Source: Acidobacteriota bacterium (GTDB lineage: Bacteria > Acidobacteriota > Terriglobia > Acidiferrales > UBA7541). From it: DNA of 64,000 bases. How positions within the stretch are numbered: the stretch's first letter is position 1; each line of letters starts with the position of its first letter. Under the pieces are notes generated by a model that was given only the letters and a program-made list of their open reading frames with translations, had not been told where the DNA came from and made no database searches. Location: NCBI GenBank assembly GCA_003224055.1, contig QHYE01000060.1, positions 739 through 64,738 on the forward strand, given 5' to 3'. The position numbers and the translations under genes were made by a program. Positions 30,482 through 38,575 of the stretch are shown here, piece by piece.

Positions 30482-31795
30482 ATGTCCGCCAGAAGGTTCT
30501 TGCGGAAGCTCGTTATCGGCTTTCTCCGCCTCACCGCTGTGGTGCTGGTGAGCGCGGCCTGCGGATATGTTGGCGGTCGCCTCTGGCCTTTGGACTTGAA
30601 TGCACCCCGCTACCCAGCCTTTCCCGCGCCCAGGATCCAGGGGAATCGGTTAGTCGTGCCGTTTTCGCCCGGCGTAGCCTCGGCGGAAGTCGCCGCCTTC
30701 AATGACCAGCTCGAGGCCTTCCTGCATTTTGAGTATTTGCGCGGCCGGGAAGCCCGCAGTGGCAACGACACTTCGCACATTCTGTTGACGGCTTTCGATA
30801 CCCCGAAGGGACCCTCTTACAAGATCTTCATCGTCGGCGACAACGATCTGCTCACCGCCGTCCCGCGCCTCGCGGAACTCGAAGGCCGCAACCTGATCGC
30901 CCACTACGAGCTGAATACCTGGACGGAGAAGGATTTTGCCTACTACCGGCAGCAAAGCCACATGTTCGACGTTGCGTATGGCGTTCCCACGGAGCAGAAG
31001 CTGGAATCCCTCAGTTCCTTTCAACTTCTCCCCGCCCTGGCAAGGTTTCTCGTCTTCAAATCGCAAACCGACAACCGCGTGCTCGACCGAAGCGATGCCG
31101 CTCCCCGCCCTCTAACAAGGGAACAGGCCACACAGCTCGCCTCCGACATTCTTGCCGTCGCGGATTTCTACGCGCTCCCGCTCGACTATTTCCTCGGTGT
31201 CGGCGCCATGGAGAACGATTACATGGATGTTGACGGCGACCTCACTCATGCCGTCTGGAAGAAGCGCGCCCAGCGCGACGACATTATTCTCCGCCGTGGC
31301 CGTAAGCGCGTCATGGTCAGCAACTACGCCATCGGCACTTGGCAAATCACGCGCGAAACGCTCCGTGCCGCCCACCAGCTTTATCTGAAGGACAAGCGGG
31401 ACTATACCAGGCTGCCCGCTCGTCTGCGGCCTCCGCGCGAGCTAAACCTGAATTCCGTGGATGATGCTGTGCTCACCACCTACGCCGGCCTGCTGCTCCG
31501 CGGCCTTCTCGATCATTTCGGCGGCGACGTCGAAAGAGCCACCGGCGCTTACAATGGTGGCGTCAAGGCTCCCAATCCTGCCTACGCCTCCGGCGTGAAA
31601 GGCGTCGCTCAATACGCACGCCGCGTTCTCGAGCATGCCACCGCTCTGGATGACCCATCGGGCAGTACGAAGAATCCTGCGATCGCTCCCTCCCCCGCGC
31701 CCAGTGCCGATAGCAATCCCACACTTGGCACGCCTGCTCCATCTGCGGCGACTGCCCCGCAGGAAAAGCCTCCCTATCGCCGCGCCGACGACTAA
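30482..31795 (+). CDS. membrane-anchored lytic-transglycosylase-like (SLT-domain) protein
   Basis: N-terminal TM helix (LVIGFLRLTAVVLVSAACGYV). GVGAMENDY ... GTWQIT ... GAYNGG resemble the SLT catalytic Glu / GxxQ / AYNxG motifs. The tail is Pro/Ala/Ser-rich. Confidence 0.6.
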   Translation: MSARRFLRKLVIGFLRLTAVVLVSAACGYVGGRLWPLDLNAPRYPAFPAPRIQGNRLVVPFSPGVASAEVAAFNDQLEAFLHFEYLRGREARSGNDTSHILLTAFDTPKGPSYKIFIVGDNDLLTAVPRLAELEGRNLIAHYELNTWTEKDFAYYRQQSHMFDVAYGVPTEQKLESLSSFQLLPALARFLVFKSQTDNRVLDRSDAAPRPLTREQATQLASDILAVADFYALPLDYFLGVGAMENDYMDVDGDLTHAVWKKRAQRDDIILRRGRKRVMVSNYAIGTWQITRETLRAAHQLYLKDKRDYTRLPARLRPPRELNLNSVDDAVLTTYAGLLLRGLLDHFGGDVERATGAYNGGVKAPNPAYASGVKGVAQYARRVLEHATALDDPSGSTKNPAIAPSPAPSADSNPTLGTPAPSAATAPQEKPPYRRADD

Positions 31796-31818
31796 ATCCT
31801 TCCCTTCGCGTCGGCCCG

Positions 31819-32226
31819 TTACACTGCCCAGTTCTGCACCTTCAATCCGCGCACGCGCCGGAACTCTCTCTCATTGTTCGTTACCAGTGTCAGGCCTGCC
31901 GCCTTGGCATGCGCCGCAATCCACAAATCGTTGTTCCCGATCATTTCTCCCTTGCGTTCCAGCTCCGCGCGTATCGTTCCATACGATTCCGCAGCCGTCT
32001 CAGGCAAGCTCTGCACGGGAAGCACTTGTGCCAGCTCCCGCAGCAGCCCCAGCGCCGCCCCGCGCTGCGCACTCTTCTCCGCCCCGTATACCAATTCGCC
32101 GAACGTAATCACGGATAGAACCGCCTCTCCGGGCCGGAGCGTTCGGAACCGCTGCAACACTTCGTCCGGTTTTTTTCGCCGGATGTAAATGCAGATGTTC
32201 GTGTCCAGCAGGTAGCGCGCCTCCAT
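31819..32226 (-). CDS. vapC: PIN-domain toxin VapC
   Basis: MEARYLLDTNICIYIRRKKP...VITFGELVYGAEKS...GNNDLWIAAHAKAAGLTLVTNNEREF. The ATG at 32226 overlaps the vapB TGA (TGATG); an alternative GTG is at 32229. Confidence 0.9.
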   Translation of the reverse strand: MEARYLLDTNICIYIRRKKPDEVLQRFRTLRPGEAVLSVITFGELVYGAEKSAQRGAALGLLRELAQVLPVQSLPETAAESYGTIRAELERKGEMIGNNDLWIAAHAKAAGLTLVTNNEREFRRVRGLKVQNWAV

Positions 32227-32456
32227 CACAGCCCCTTGCGTTTCTGCGGTTTATCCTTCTCCCGTCCAGGAAGCTTCAAGTCCTCGGGCAGCGCCGCCAG
32301 CAGGTCAAACGCCCGCGCCATGGTGCCGCGGCGCTCCCGCAGAACGATTTCATCGCCCCGCCGAGAGATCTCCACTTCCTTGCTTTTCAGCCGGAACTGC
32401 TTGGGCAGCCGCACCGCCTGGCTGTTCCCCGATTTGAATACCTTGGCCGTCGCCAT
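32226..32456 (-). CDS. vapB: AbrB/SpoVT-type antitoxin VapB
   Basis: MATAKVFKSGNSQAVRLPKQFRLKSKEVEISRRGDEIVLRE... with a GGAGG SD. The longer track ORF extension runs into REP DNA. Confidence 0.88.
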   Translation of the reverse strand: MATAKVFKSGNSQAVRLPKQFRLKSKEVEISRRGDEIVLRERRGTMARAFDLLAALPEDLKLPGREKDKPQKRKGL

Positions 32457-32475
32457 CGTCAACCCTCCACCTAAT

Positions 32476-32494
32476 GTATATACGTCAAGTATAC
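32476..32494. promoter_or_regulatory. palindromic sites upstream of vapB, candidate operator
   Basis: GTATATAC (32476-32483) and GTATAC (32489-32494) flank TTGACG on the minus strand. Confidence 0.35.
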
Positions 32495-32545
32495 ACATAC
32501 TTGCCCCGCTGAGTATCCCTCCTGGATTCCGTTGTTTCCGTCCAT

Positions 32546-32570
32546 GTAGCGCCGGCATCCTTGCCGGCTG
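32546..32570 (+). repeat. REP-like element, GGCATCCTTGCC type
   Basis: GTAG-CGCCGGCA-TCCT-TGCCGGCTG. Same core as 39811-39833 (minus strand) and related to the arms at 57862-57938. Confidence 0.75.
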
Positions 32571-32574
32571 CCGT

Positions 32575-32606
32575 GTAGTGACCGGTCTTCAGACCGGTGT
32601 TTCTCT
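32575..32606 (+). repeat. REP-like element, CCGGTCTTCAGACCGG type
   Basis: GTAGTGACCGGTCTTCAGACCGGTGTTTCTCT, near-identical to 29068-29099. Confidence 0.8.
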
Positions 32607-32615
32607 GTTTCCTCT

Positions 32616-32640
32616 GTGGCACAGCCACTCCTGGCTGTGC
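32616..32640 (+). repeat. REP-like hairpin (GTGG variant)
   Basis: GTGG then GCACAGCC-ACTCCT-GGCTGTGC, an 8-bp stem. Confidence 0.5.
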
Positions 32641-32710
32641 GCTTAAGACAGGTCTCCGCACAATCGCCTACGCACAAACGCTTGTACCGTCCTGCATCTT
32701 TTTCGGTTTT

Positions 32711-32738
32711 GTAGCGGCGGCCTTCTCAGGCCGGCGCC
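32711..32738 (+). repeat. REP-like element, GCGGCCGCC-TTCT type
   Basis: GTAGCGGCGGCCTTCTCAGGCCGGCGCC resembles the minus-strand copies at 39773-39799 and 40345-40371. Confidence 0.7.
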
Positions 32739-32748
32739 TTTTGGACTC

Positions 32749-33366
32749 TCACTTCTTCGCAAACAAAACGCAGTAACTATCCCCCGGCCAGTCGTTCACA
32801 ATCTTTTCCACCTGCAACCCCGCCGCACTCAATTCCTCAATCACAATCTTTTGCGGGATGCCGTGCCCTCCCCGGTTGCTCGGCACTCCTTCCACCGGAT
32901 CCAGTCCCGCTCGTGGCGCAAAGTCAATAATTGCCAGCCGTCCTCCGGGCTTTAAGGACCGCACTAGGTTGGCATCGAACTCCACCGGCTTGGTCAGGTG
33001 ATGGTACACGCGCCTCAGAAAAATCGCGTCGCAACAGCCTGTTGGCAGGCTCGTATCCGCTTCCTTGCTCTCTACCACAATGACGTTCCCCAGCTTGCGT
33101 TTAGCAACCTCGCCCCGCAGCTCCGCAAGCTTTTTTGCATCGATCTCCGTCGCGTACACTTTTCCCGCTGCGCCTACGCGTTCCACCGCCGCAAACGTGT
33201 ACTCCCCTTCGCCTGCGCCAATATCCGCCGCTACCGTCCCCGGCTTCCATTCCATCAAAGCCGCCAGCCGCTTGATCTCGTCCACCGCGTTTCCGTGAGC
33301 CTGCCCGGCGAACACAGCCGCCGCGCACGCGACGCCCAGCAGCGATAAGTTTTTTCTTTTCATCAC
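32749..33366 (-). CDS. class I SAM-dependent methyltransferase with an N-terminal signal peptide
   Basis: MMKRKNLSLLGVACAAAVFAGQAHG, then VAADIGAGEGEYT (motif I) ...YATEID...CDAIFLRRVYHH...LKPGGRLAIIDF. Confidence 0.8.
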   Translation of the reverse strand: MMKRKNLSLLGVACAAAVFAGQAHGNAVDEIKRLAALMEWKPGTVAADIGAGEGEYTFAAVERVGAAGKVYATEIDAKKLAELRGEVAKRKLGNVIVVESKEADTSLPTGCCDAIFLRRVYHHLTKPVEFDANLVRSLKPGGRLAIIDFAPRAGLDPVEGVPSNRGGHGIPQKIVIEELSAAGLQVEKIVNDWPGDSYCVLFAKK

Positions 33367-33422
33367 AGTAGTGGCCCCCTACTTGGTGTCCCGAGCTACA
33401 AATTCGTTGAATAAGTGAAACG

Positions 33423-33447
33423 GTCATTCCGAGCGAAGCGAGGAATC
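33423..33447. repeat. copy of the GTCATTCCGAGCGAAGCGAGGAATC hairpin repeat
   Basis: ATTCC...GGAAT arms. From memory, this motif gives the recurrent pseudo-peptides of the SLGMT / SEARNL kind seen in spurious ORFs such as track ORF 33101..33532. Confidence 0.5.
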
Positions 33448-33818
33448 TGCTTTTCGCTCGTGTGTTGAAAACAAACAAGATTTCTCGGTCCTCCTCTATG
33501 CAGGGCCGTCGGAAGCACAAGAAGGATCGCAATATCTATCAAGAAATTCTGACTCAGCCCACTCGTGCCATTGGACGGCTCAACCGTCAATAAGTTGCCT
33601 CCACCGAAACCGTTAACCCCGCCTCCGTAACCGTCCGACTTCCAATTCTCTCAATTCCCTGCAAATAACTTAACCAATCCGCAATCTCTTGCTATCCTTC
33701 CGCGTGTTTGTTCTCACGGAGCCTCGAAGTGCCATTCACCAACCCAATCGATCAGCTTCGCTGATCGTCGTTCGCGCGCGCCCTTTCGACTTCCTTCATC
33801 GTGAAAATCTCGTTGCTG

Positions 33819-33941
33819 TAAGTCCTTTGTTTGCCACTCATATGGATCGCTCGCAAATTACTGAAAACCCAGCTACTTTAAGTCCTTTCCTTGCCACTCA
33901 TACAGACTTGTCGCCTGTAAATCTTGTATTTGCCACTCATA
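33819..33941 (+). repeat. three direct copies of a 24-nt unit with core TTGCCACTCATA
   Basis: TAAGTCCTTTGTTTGCCACTCATA (33819-33842), TAAGTCCTTTCCTTGCCACTCATA (33879-33902) and TAAATCTTGTATTTGCCACTCATA (33918-33941). Spacing is 60 nt, then 39 nt. Confidence 0.75.
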
Positions 33942-33999
33942 CGAAAACAACCGGGGTGTATACCAACAATTCCCATACTCCTACTTCGCCTCTTCCACC

Positions 34000-34027
34000 A
34001 GTCACGAGTCACAAGTCACCAGTCACG
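34000..34027 (+). repeat. tandem heptamer (AGTCACN) x4
   Basis: AGTCACG AGTCACA AGTCACC AGTCACG. The last unit overlaps the -35 position of the TATAAT promoter below. Confidence 0.85.
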
Positions 34028-34044
34028 CCCCTCAGACTCCCACG

Positions 34045-34050
34045 TATAAT
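34045..34050 (+). promoter_or_regulatory. -10 hexamer TATAAT upstream of the aldo/keto reductase
   Basis: Perfect TATAAT 31 nt before the ATG at 34081. An AGGAG SD lies at 34066-34070. Confidence 0.5.
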
Positions 34051-34080
34051 GTCGGCTCCCAATCAAGGAGACAACTCGCG

Positions 34081-35076
34081 ATGAACTATCGTCGCTTCGG
34101 CCGCACTGGATGGAACGTCAGCGAAATTGGCTACGGCATGTGGGGCATGGCCGGATGGACCGGCTCGGACGACGGCGAATCGCTCGCGGCCCTACAGCGC
34201 GCCGTCGATCTCGGCTGCAATTTTTTCGACACCGCCTGGGCCTACGGTGGAGGCCACAGCGAGCAGCTTCTCGGAAAAATCCTGCGCGCCAACAAAAATA
34301 ATTCCGCCGCCGGCGGACCCGACAAGAAACTTTACGTCGCCACAAAAGTTCCGCCCAAAAATCTCCGCTGGCCCGCGCGCCCGGAATATTCTCTCGACGA
34401 TTCCTATCCGCCGGACCATATCTTCGAGTACGTGGACAAAAGCCTCAAAAATATCGGCGTCGAAACGCTCGATCTCCTCCAGCTTCACACCTGGGATGAC
34501 AGTTGGCTCAAAGATGATCGAGTGGCGCACGCCGTCGAGAAACTTCGCAGCAGCAGAAAAATTCGCGCCTTCGGCCTCAGCCTCAACCGCTGGGAGCCCG
34601 CCAATGGCATTCGCGCCGTGCGCGCCGGCTTCGTCGACGCCATCCAGGTCATCTACAATATTTTCGACCAGAATCCCGAGGACGAACTTTTCCCCGCCTG
34701 CCACGAAAAAAACGCCGCCGTCATCGCTCGCGTTCCCTTCGACGAAGGCTCCCTCACCGGCACGCTCACGCTCGAAAGCAAGTGGCCCGCGAACGATTGG
34801 CGCAGCACTTATTTCGTTCCGGAAAATCTCAAAGCCAGCGTCGCTCGCGCCGACGCCCTCAAGCCTCTCGTCCCCGCCGGAATGACCATGCCGGAAATGG
34901 CTTTGCGCTTCATCCTCAACAACCCCGACGTCAGCACTATCATTCCCGGCATGCGTAAACTGCGCAACGTCGAATCCAATCTCGCGGCCAGCGACAAAGG
35001 TCCCCTGCCCGCGCCACTCCACGCGCAATTGCGCAAACACCGCTGGGACCGCACTCCCACGAAGTGGAGCCAATAG
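34081..35076 (+). CDS. aldo/keto reductase family oxidoreductase
   Basis: MNYRRFGRTGWNVSEIGYGMWGMAGW...AVDLGCNFFDTAWAYGGGHSEQLLG...LDLLQLHTWD...IPGMRKLRNVESN. Confidence 0.93.
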   Translation: MNYRRFGRTGWNVSEIGYGMWGMAGWTGSDDGESLAALQRAVDLGCNFFDTAWAYGGGHSEQLLGKILRANKNNSAAGGPDKKLYVATKVPPKNLRWPARPEYSLDDSYPPDHIFEYVDKSLKNIGVETLDLLQLHTWDDSWLKDDRVAHAVEKLRSSRKIRAFGLSLNRWEPANGIRAVRAGFVDAIQVIYNIFDQNPEDELFPACHEKNAAVIARVPFDEGSLTGTLTLESKWPANDWRSTYFVPENLKASVARADALKPLVPAGMTMPEMALRFILNNPDVSTIIPGMRKLRNVESNLAASDKGPLPAPLHAQLRKHRWDRTPTKWSQ

Positions 35077-35099
35077 GATGGATATGTCTCGGGGAGAAA

Positions 35100-35390
35100 C
35101 TACGCGGTTTGTTTCAAGGCGCGTTCGACGAGCGTCAGACAACGCTCGGCTTGCTCGCTCAGCAATTCTTCGCGATCGTTGCGCTCGCGTTGCATGCTGT
35201 GAAGTTCATCCGCAATCGCCAGGGCCGTCAGCACCGCAACTTTTTGCGTGTCTACAGTTTTCGTCGCGTCCGCGATTGCCTGCATTTTTTCGTCGACGTA
35301 TTTCGCAAGTCTCTGCACGTACTTCGCATCCAGCTCTCCTTGGATGGAGTACACTTGCCCGAAAATCTCAACTTTTATCGGCCCGCTCAT
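35100..35390 (-). CDS. zapA: cell division protein ZapA
   Basis: MSGPIKVEIFGQVYSIQGELDAKYVQRLAKYVDEKMQAIADATKTVDTQKVAVLTALAIADELH. I used the ATG at 35390; the long track ORF extension is Arg/Cys-rich junk. Confidence 0.85.
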   Translation of the reverse strand: MSGPIKVEIFGQVYSIQGELDAKYVQRLAKYVDEKMQAIADATKTVDTQKVAVLTALAIADELHSMQRERNDREELLSEQAERCLTLVERALKQTA

Positions 35391-35580
35391 GGAGTCTCCG
35401 CGCGTCCTTATCGGCACAATACCACATTCGCTCCCGGAATAAATCCCGCCCGTCCGCGTGCGCCTCTTGTGCGAAGTCCCATTTACATTTCTCGAGCTGT
35501 CCGCTACCGTGTGAAATCCAGCCTGTTGGTTTCCCCAGCCCGCGCAATGCGAATTCATCTGCTCGCACAAGGAGCGCCTC

Positions 35581-36357
35581 ATGGCCACCAAGCCTCGTTC
35601 CAAGAAATCCGCCGCTGCGCTGCAACACCCTATCCGGATCGTGCCACTCCATCGGCCGGAGGCGCAACGGATTGCCGCGGCAGCAACGCCCCAGCTCACG
35701 TACCGCGGTGGGCCGCTGCTCACTGCCGTCGAAGTCTTCACCGTTTTTTGGGGTACGGAATGGAAACAAGCAGAGCAAAGCGCGATTGCCACGAACATGA
35801 ATTTGTTTTTCGACTATATTCTTACGAGCGCGCTGATGAGCCAGCTCGGAGAATACAGCGTCCCCGGAAAAAATATCGGCCATGGCAAACGCACCGGCAC
35901 CGCGACGCTCGCTTCACCCGCTCCAAATTCCTCCGTGCAGGACAGTGCGATTCGACAGTTATTGCAGCAGGAAATCGCCGCCAAGAATCTTCCGGTGCCT
36001 TCTCCCAATTCACTCTATTTTTTCTTCCTTCCGCCCAGCGTGCAGGTTGTGCTGGGCGGCAGCGCCTCCTGCCGGGAATTCTGCGGTTATCACGACTCCA
36101 CCAGCGACAACATTTTCTATGCAGTGATGCCTTACCCCGGATGTTCCGGGTGCACCGGCGGCCTTAGCGTCGTTGACGCGCTCACTTCCACCACTTCGCA
36201 CGAACTTTGCGAAGCCATCACCGATCCCGTGCCCGGCCAGGGATGGTACGACGATAGCAACGGTGAGATCGGCGACATTTGCGCGTGGAAAACACGGACG
36301 CTTGGCGGTCACACGATTCAACTGGAATGGTCGAACAAGGCAGGGTCGTGCGTGTGA
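35581..36357 (+). CDS. conserved-looking Cys-rich hypothetical protein, possibly PHI-1/EXORDIUM-like
   Basis: LTYRGGPLLTAVEVFTVFWGTEW..., YFFFLPPSVQVVLGGSASCREFCGYHDS...IFYAVMPYPGCSGC, HELCEAITDP. The motif order recalls the Phi_1 (EXORDIUM) family; this is from memory and has not been searched. Confidence 0.7.
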   Translation: MATKPRSKKSAAALQHPIRIVPLHRPEAQRIAAAATPQLTYRGGPLLTAVEVFTVFWGTEWKQAEQSAIATNMNLFFDYILTSALMSQLGEYSVPGKNIGHGKRTGTATLASPAPNSSVQDSAIRQLLQQEIAAKNLPVPSPNSLYFFFLPPSVQVVLGGSASCREFCGYHDSTSDNIFYAVMPYPGCSGCTGGLSVVDALTSTTSHELCEAITDPVPGQGWYDDSNGEIGDICAWKTRTLGGHTIQLEWSNKAGSCV

Positions 36358-36372
36358 GTTGCGAATGGTCTT

Positions 36373-38487
36373 TTATTGCGCGCGGAGTTGTGCGCCGAGC
36401 TGCTTTTCAAGCACGGCAATGATTTTGCCACTGTAATCGCCGATCTGCGTATCGGTCAGCGTCGCTTCGCGGCTCTGAAACGTCACGCGCACCAGCAGCG
36501 AATATTTCCCGGCGGGAACGTTCTTCCCGCGGAAAAGATCGGCTGCTTCGATGTTGGAAATTTCGGAAATGTTGAGCGATCGGATTGCTTTCACAACATC
36601 GGAAAAATGCGTGCCATCCGGTAAGAGCAGCGAGAAATCCCGCTCGACCGCCGGAAATCGCGGCAACGGCTCATAGCGCCGCGCTTCCTTCGCCGCAAGG
36701 TACGCCGTGCACAGCGGATCGAGCTCCAATTCCGCAAGGAAAACATCCTGGCGGAATTTGAATTTCTCGGCGACGCGGCGCGCAAGCTGGCCCGCTGAGC
36801 CAAGTTCGTTCGCGCCAAGCACCACGCTTCCGCGCCGCGCCGCGTGCAGCCATTCCGCCCCGCCGTCGCGCCAGGCGAAGCCGCCCGCGAGTTCACCGAT
36901 CGAATCGAGATCGCCTTTGAGGTCGGCAAAGGAAAATTCGCGCGCGGGATCGTAGAGATTTTTTTCCCGCGCTTCGCCGGTCGCGCCGATCGTGAGGATC
37001 GGCGGCTCGGGTTCGTCATTTTTGCGGCTAGTGAGGTCGTAGTGGCGGCCGATTTCAAAGAGGCGAACGTTGCGCTGGCCGTGATTCACATTCCATTCGA
37101 GCGCCGCGGCCATGGTCACGAGTCCGGTGGAGCGCAGAACGTTTGCTTCTTCGGAAAGCGGATTCGAAAGTCGCGCGGGAGAAATTCCGCCGGGCCGGAA
37201 CAGCGCGTCGCGCTCTTCGGCGACGTGAGGAATCGTCAGGATTTCCCGGTAGCCCAGACCGATGAGCCGATCGCGCAAACGCGTTTCCGCTTCGTAATGC
37301 GGGAGGCGCGCAGCGCCCTGGCGCGCGGCAGGCAGTCGCGGCGGAAATTTATCGAGGCCGTAAATGCGCGCGATTTCTTCGATGAGATCAATTTCGCGTT
37401 CGACTTCCGCGCGCCAGGAAGGCTGCGTGCATTCCCACGCGGCAAGCAGCGAACCTTCCGCGCCGCGATTCTGATCGATTCGAACGGGCGCGAATCCGAG
37501 GGCGCTGAGGCTGGCTTCCACTTCTTTGTCCGGAACGTCGGCGCCCATGACGCGGAGAATTTCCGCGCGCGTCACGCGGAGTTTTTTCGGCGCACGTTTT
37601 CCGGGATAGATATCAACTACGCCCGCCAGCAATTCGCCGCCGGCAAGCTGCAAAATCAGCTCCGCAGCGCGACGCGAAGCCAACTCGGCCATTTCCGGAT
37701 CGGCGCCGCGGCCGAAGCGCGTGGAAGCTTCGGTATGCAATTTCAGAAAACGCGCGGCACGGCGAATGGAGATCGGTTCGAACCAGGCACATTCGATCAA
37801 AACATTTTTCGTGGAAAAGGAAATTTCCGTTTCCGCGCCGCCCATGATTCCGCCGATGCCCACGGCGCGAGAACCGTCGCCATCGGAAATCATGCAGATG
37901 CCAGAATCGAGCTGGCGATCTTTGTCAGGCGCGAGCTGCCGCTCAACTCCATCGAGCGTTTTCATTTTTTCGCTGGGCTTGGCGCGGCGGACGATGATTT
38001 TGTGGTCCCGCACTTTGTCGTAGTCAAACGTGTGCAGCGGGTGCCCCAACTCCAGCATGACGTAATTCGAAACGTCGACGACATTGCTGATGCTGGCGAC
38101 GCCGGAAGCTTCGAGCCGATCTTTCAGCCATTTCAACGAAGGCTGGATTTTCACGTTTCGAATGACGCGCGCGGTGAAGCGGCCGCAGAGTTCCGGCGAC
38201 TGAATTTCGACGTTGACGGCGTCGCTGGTCTTCGCGGCGCTTTCCGCCGGTTTCGGCGAAACCGACTTCAGCGGGAGCTTGTAAATCGCGCCGACTTCGC
38301 GCGCAATTCCCAGATGGCCGAGGCAGTCAGGGCGATTGGAACTGACTTCCGCGTCAATCACCGCACCGTGCGGGCCGTTTTCGATTCCGGCGATGTTCGT
38401 GCCGGAAAGGGCGAGGCGCGAGGCCAGCTCCTGCGGCGGCGCCGTCACGTCGACGAAATCTTTCAGCCAGTTGTAAACGACCTTCAT
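36373..38487 (-). CDS. pheT: phenylalanine--tRNA ligase beta subunit (short form lacking the N-terminal OB-fold insert)
   Basis: MKVVYNWLKDFVDVTAPPQELASRLALSGTNIAGIE, then directly ...VIDAEVSSNRPDCLGHLGIAREV. B3/4, B5 and the C-terminal FDX-ACB-like domain are present. ATG at 38487. Confidence 0.93.
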   Translation of the reverse strand: MKVVYNWLKDFVDVTAPPQELASRLALSGTNIAGIENGPHGAVIDAEVSSNRPDCLGHLGIAREVGAIYKLPLKSVSPKPAESAAKTSDAVNVEIQSPELCGRFTARVIRNVKIQPSLKWLKDRLEASGVASISNVVDVSNYVMLELGHPLHTFDYDKVRDHKIIVRRAKPSEKMKTLDGVERQLAPDKDRQLDSGICMISDGDGSRAVGIGGIMGGAETEISFSTKNVLIECAWFEPISIRRAARFLKLHTEASTRFGRGADPEMAELASRRAAELILQLAGGELLAGVVDIYPGKRAPKKLRVTRAEILRVMGADVPDKEVEASLSALGFAPVRIDQNRGAEGSLLAAWECTQPSWRAEVEREIDLIEEIARIYGLDKFPPRLPAARQGAARLPHYEAETRLRDRLIGLGYREILTIPHVAEERDALFRPGGISPARLSNPLSEEANVLRSTGLVTMAAALEWNVNHGQRNVRLFEIGRHYDLTSRKNDEPEPPILTIGATGEAREKNLYDPAREFSFADLKGDLDSIGELAGGFAWRDGGAEWLHAARRGSVVLGANELGSAGQLARRVAEKFKFRQDVFLAELELDPLCTAYLAAKEARRYEPLPRFPAVERDFSLLLPDGTHFSDVVKAIRSLNISEISNIEAADLFRGKNVPAGKYSLLVRVTFQSREATLTDTQIGDYSGKIIAVLEKQLGAQLRAQ

Positions 38488-38575
38488 GATCCTGTTCCCA
38501 CGTACGGCTCTCGGAACCAAACACGAGTCTCGAATTTGGCGGGCCGGGCTAAGCCCCGGCGCCTACACATGCTTC

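Noticed and set aside
33819-33941. Possible mini-CRISPR array, based on 24-nt direct repeats.
   Set aside because: There are only three copies, the spacing is irregular (60 and 39 nt), the third copy is degenerate, no cas genes are in the window, and the repeats are embedded in other repeat modules.
33396-34084. ORFs 33396..33590, 33689..34084 and 33101..33532 as small protein genes.
   Set aside because: Their translations (for example RFLASLGMT, LFATHMD..FLATHTD..FATHTK, VTSHKSPVT) simply spell out the nucleotide repeats. No SD or start context is present, and they overlap the methyltransferase gene or intergenic repeats.
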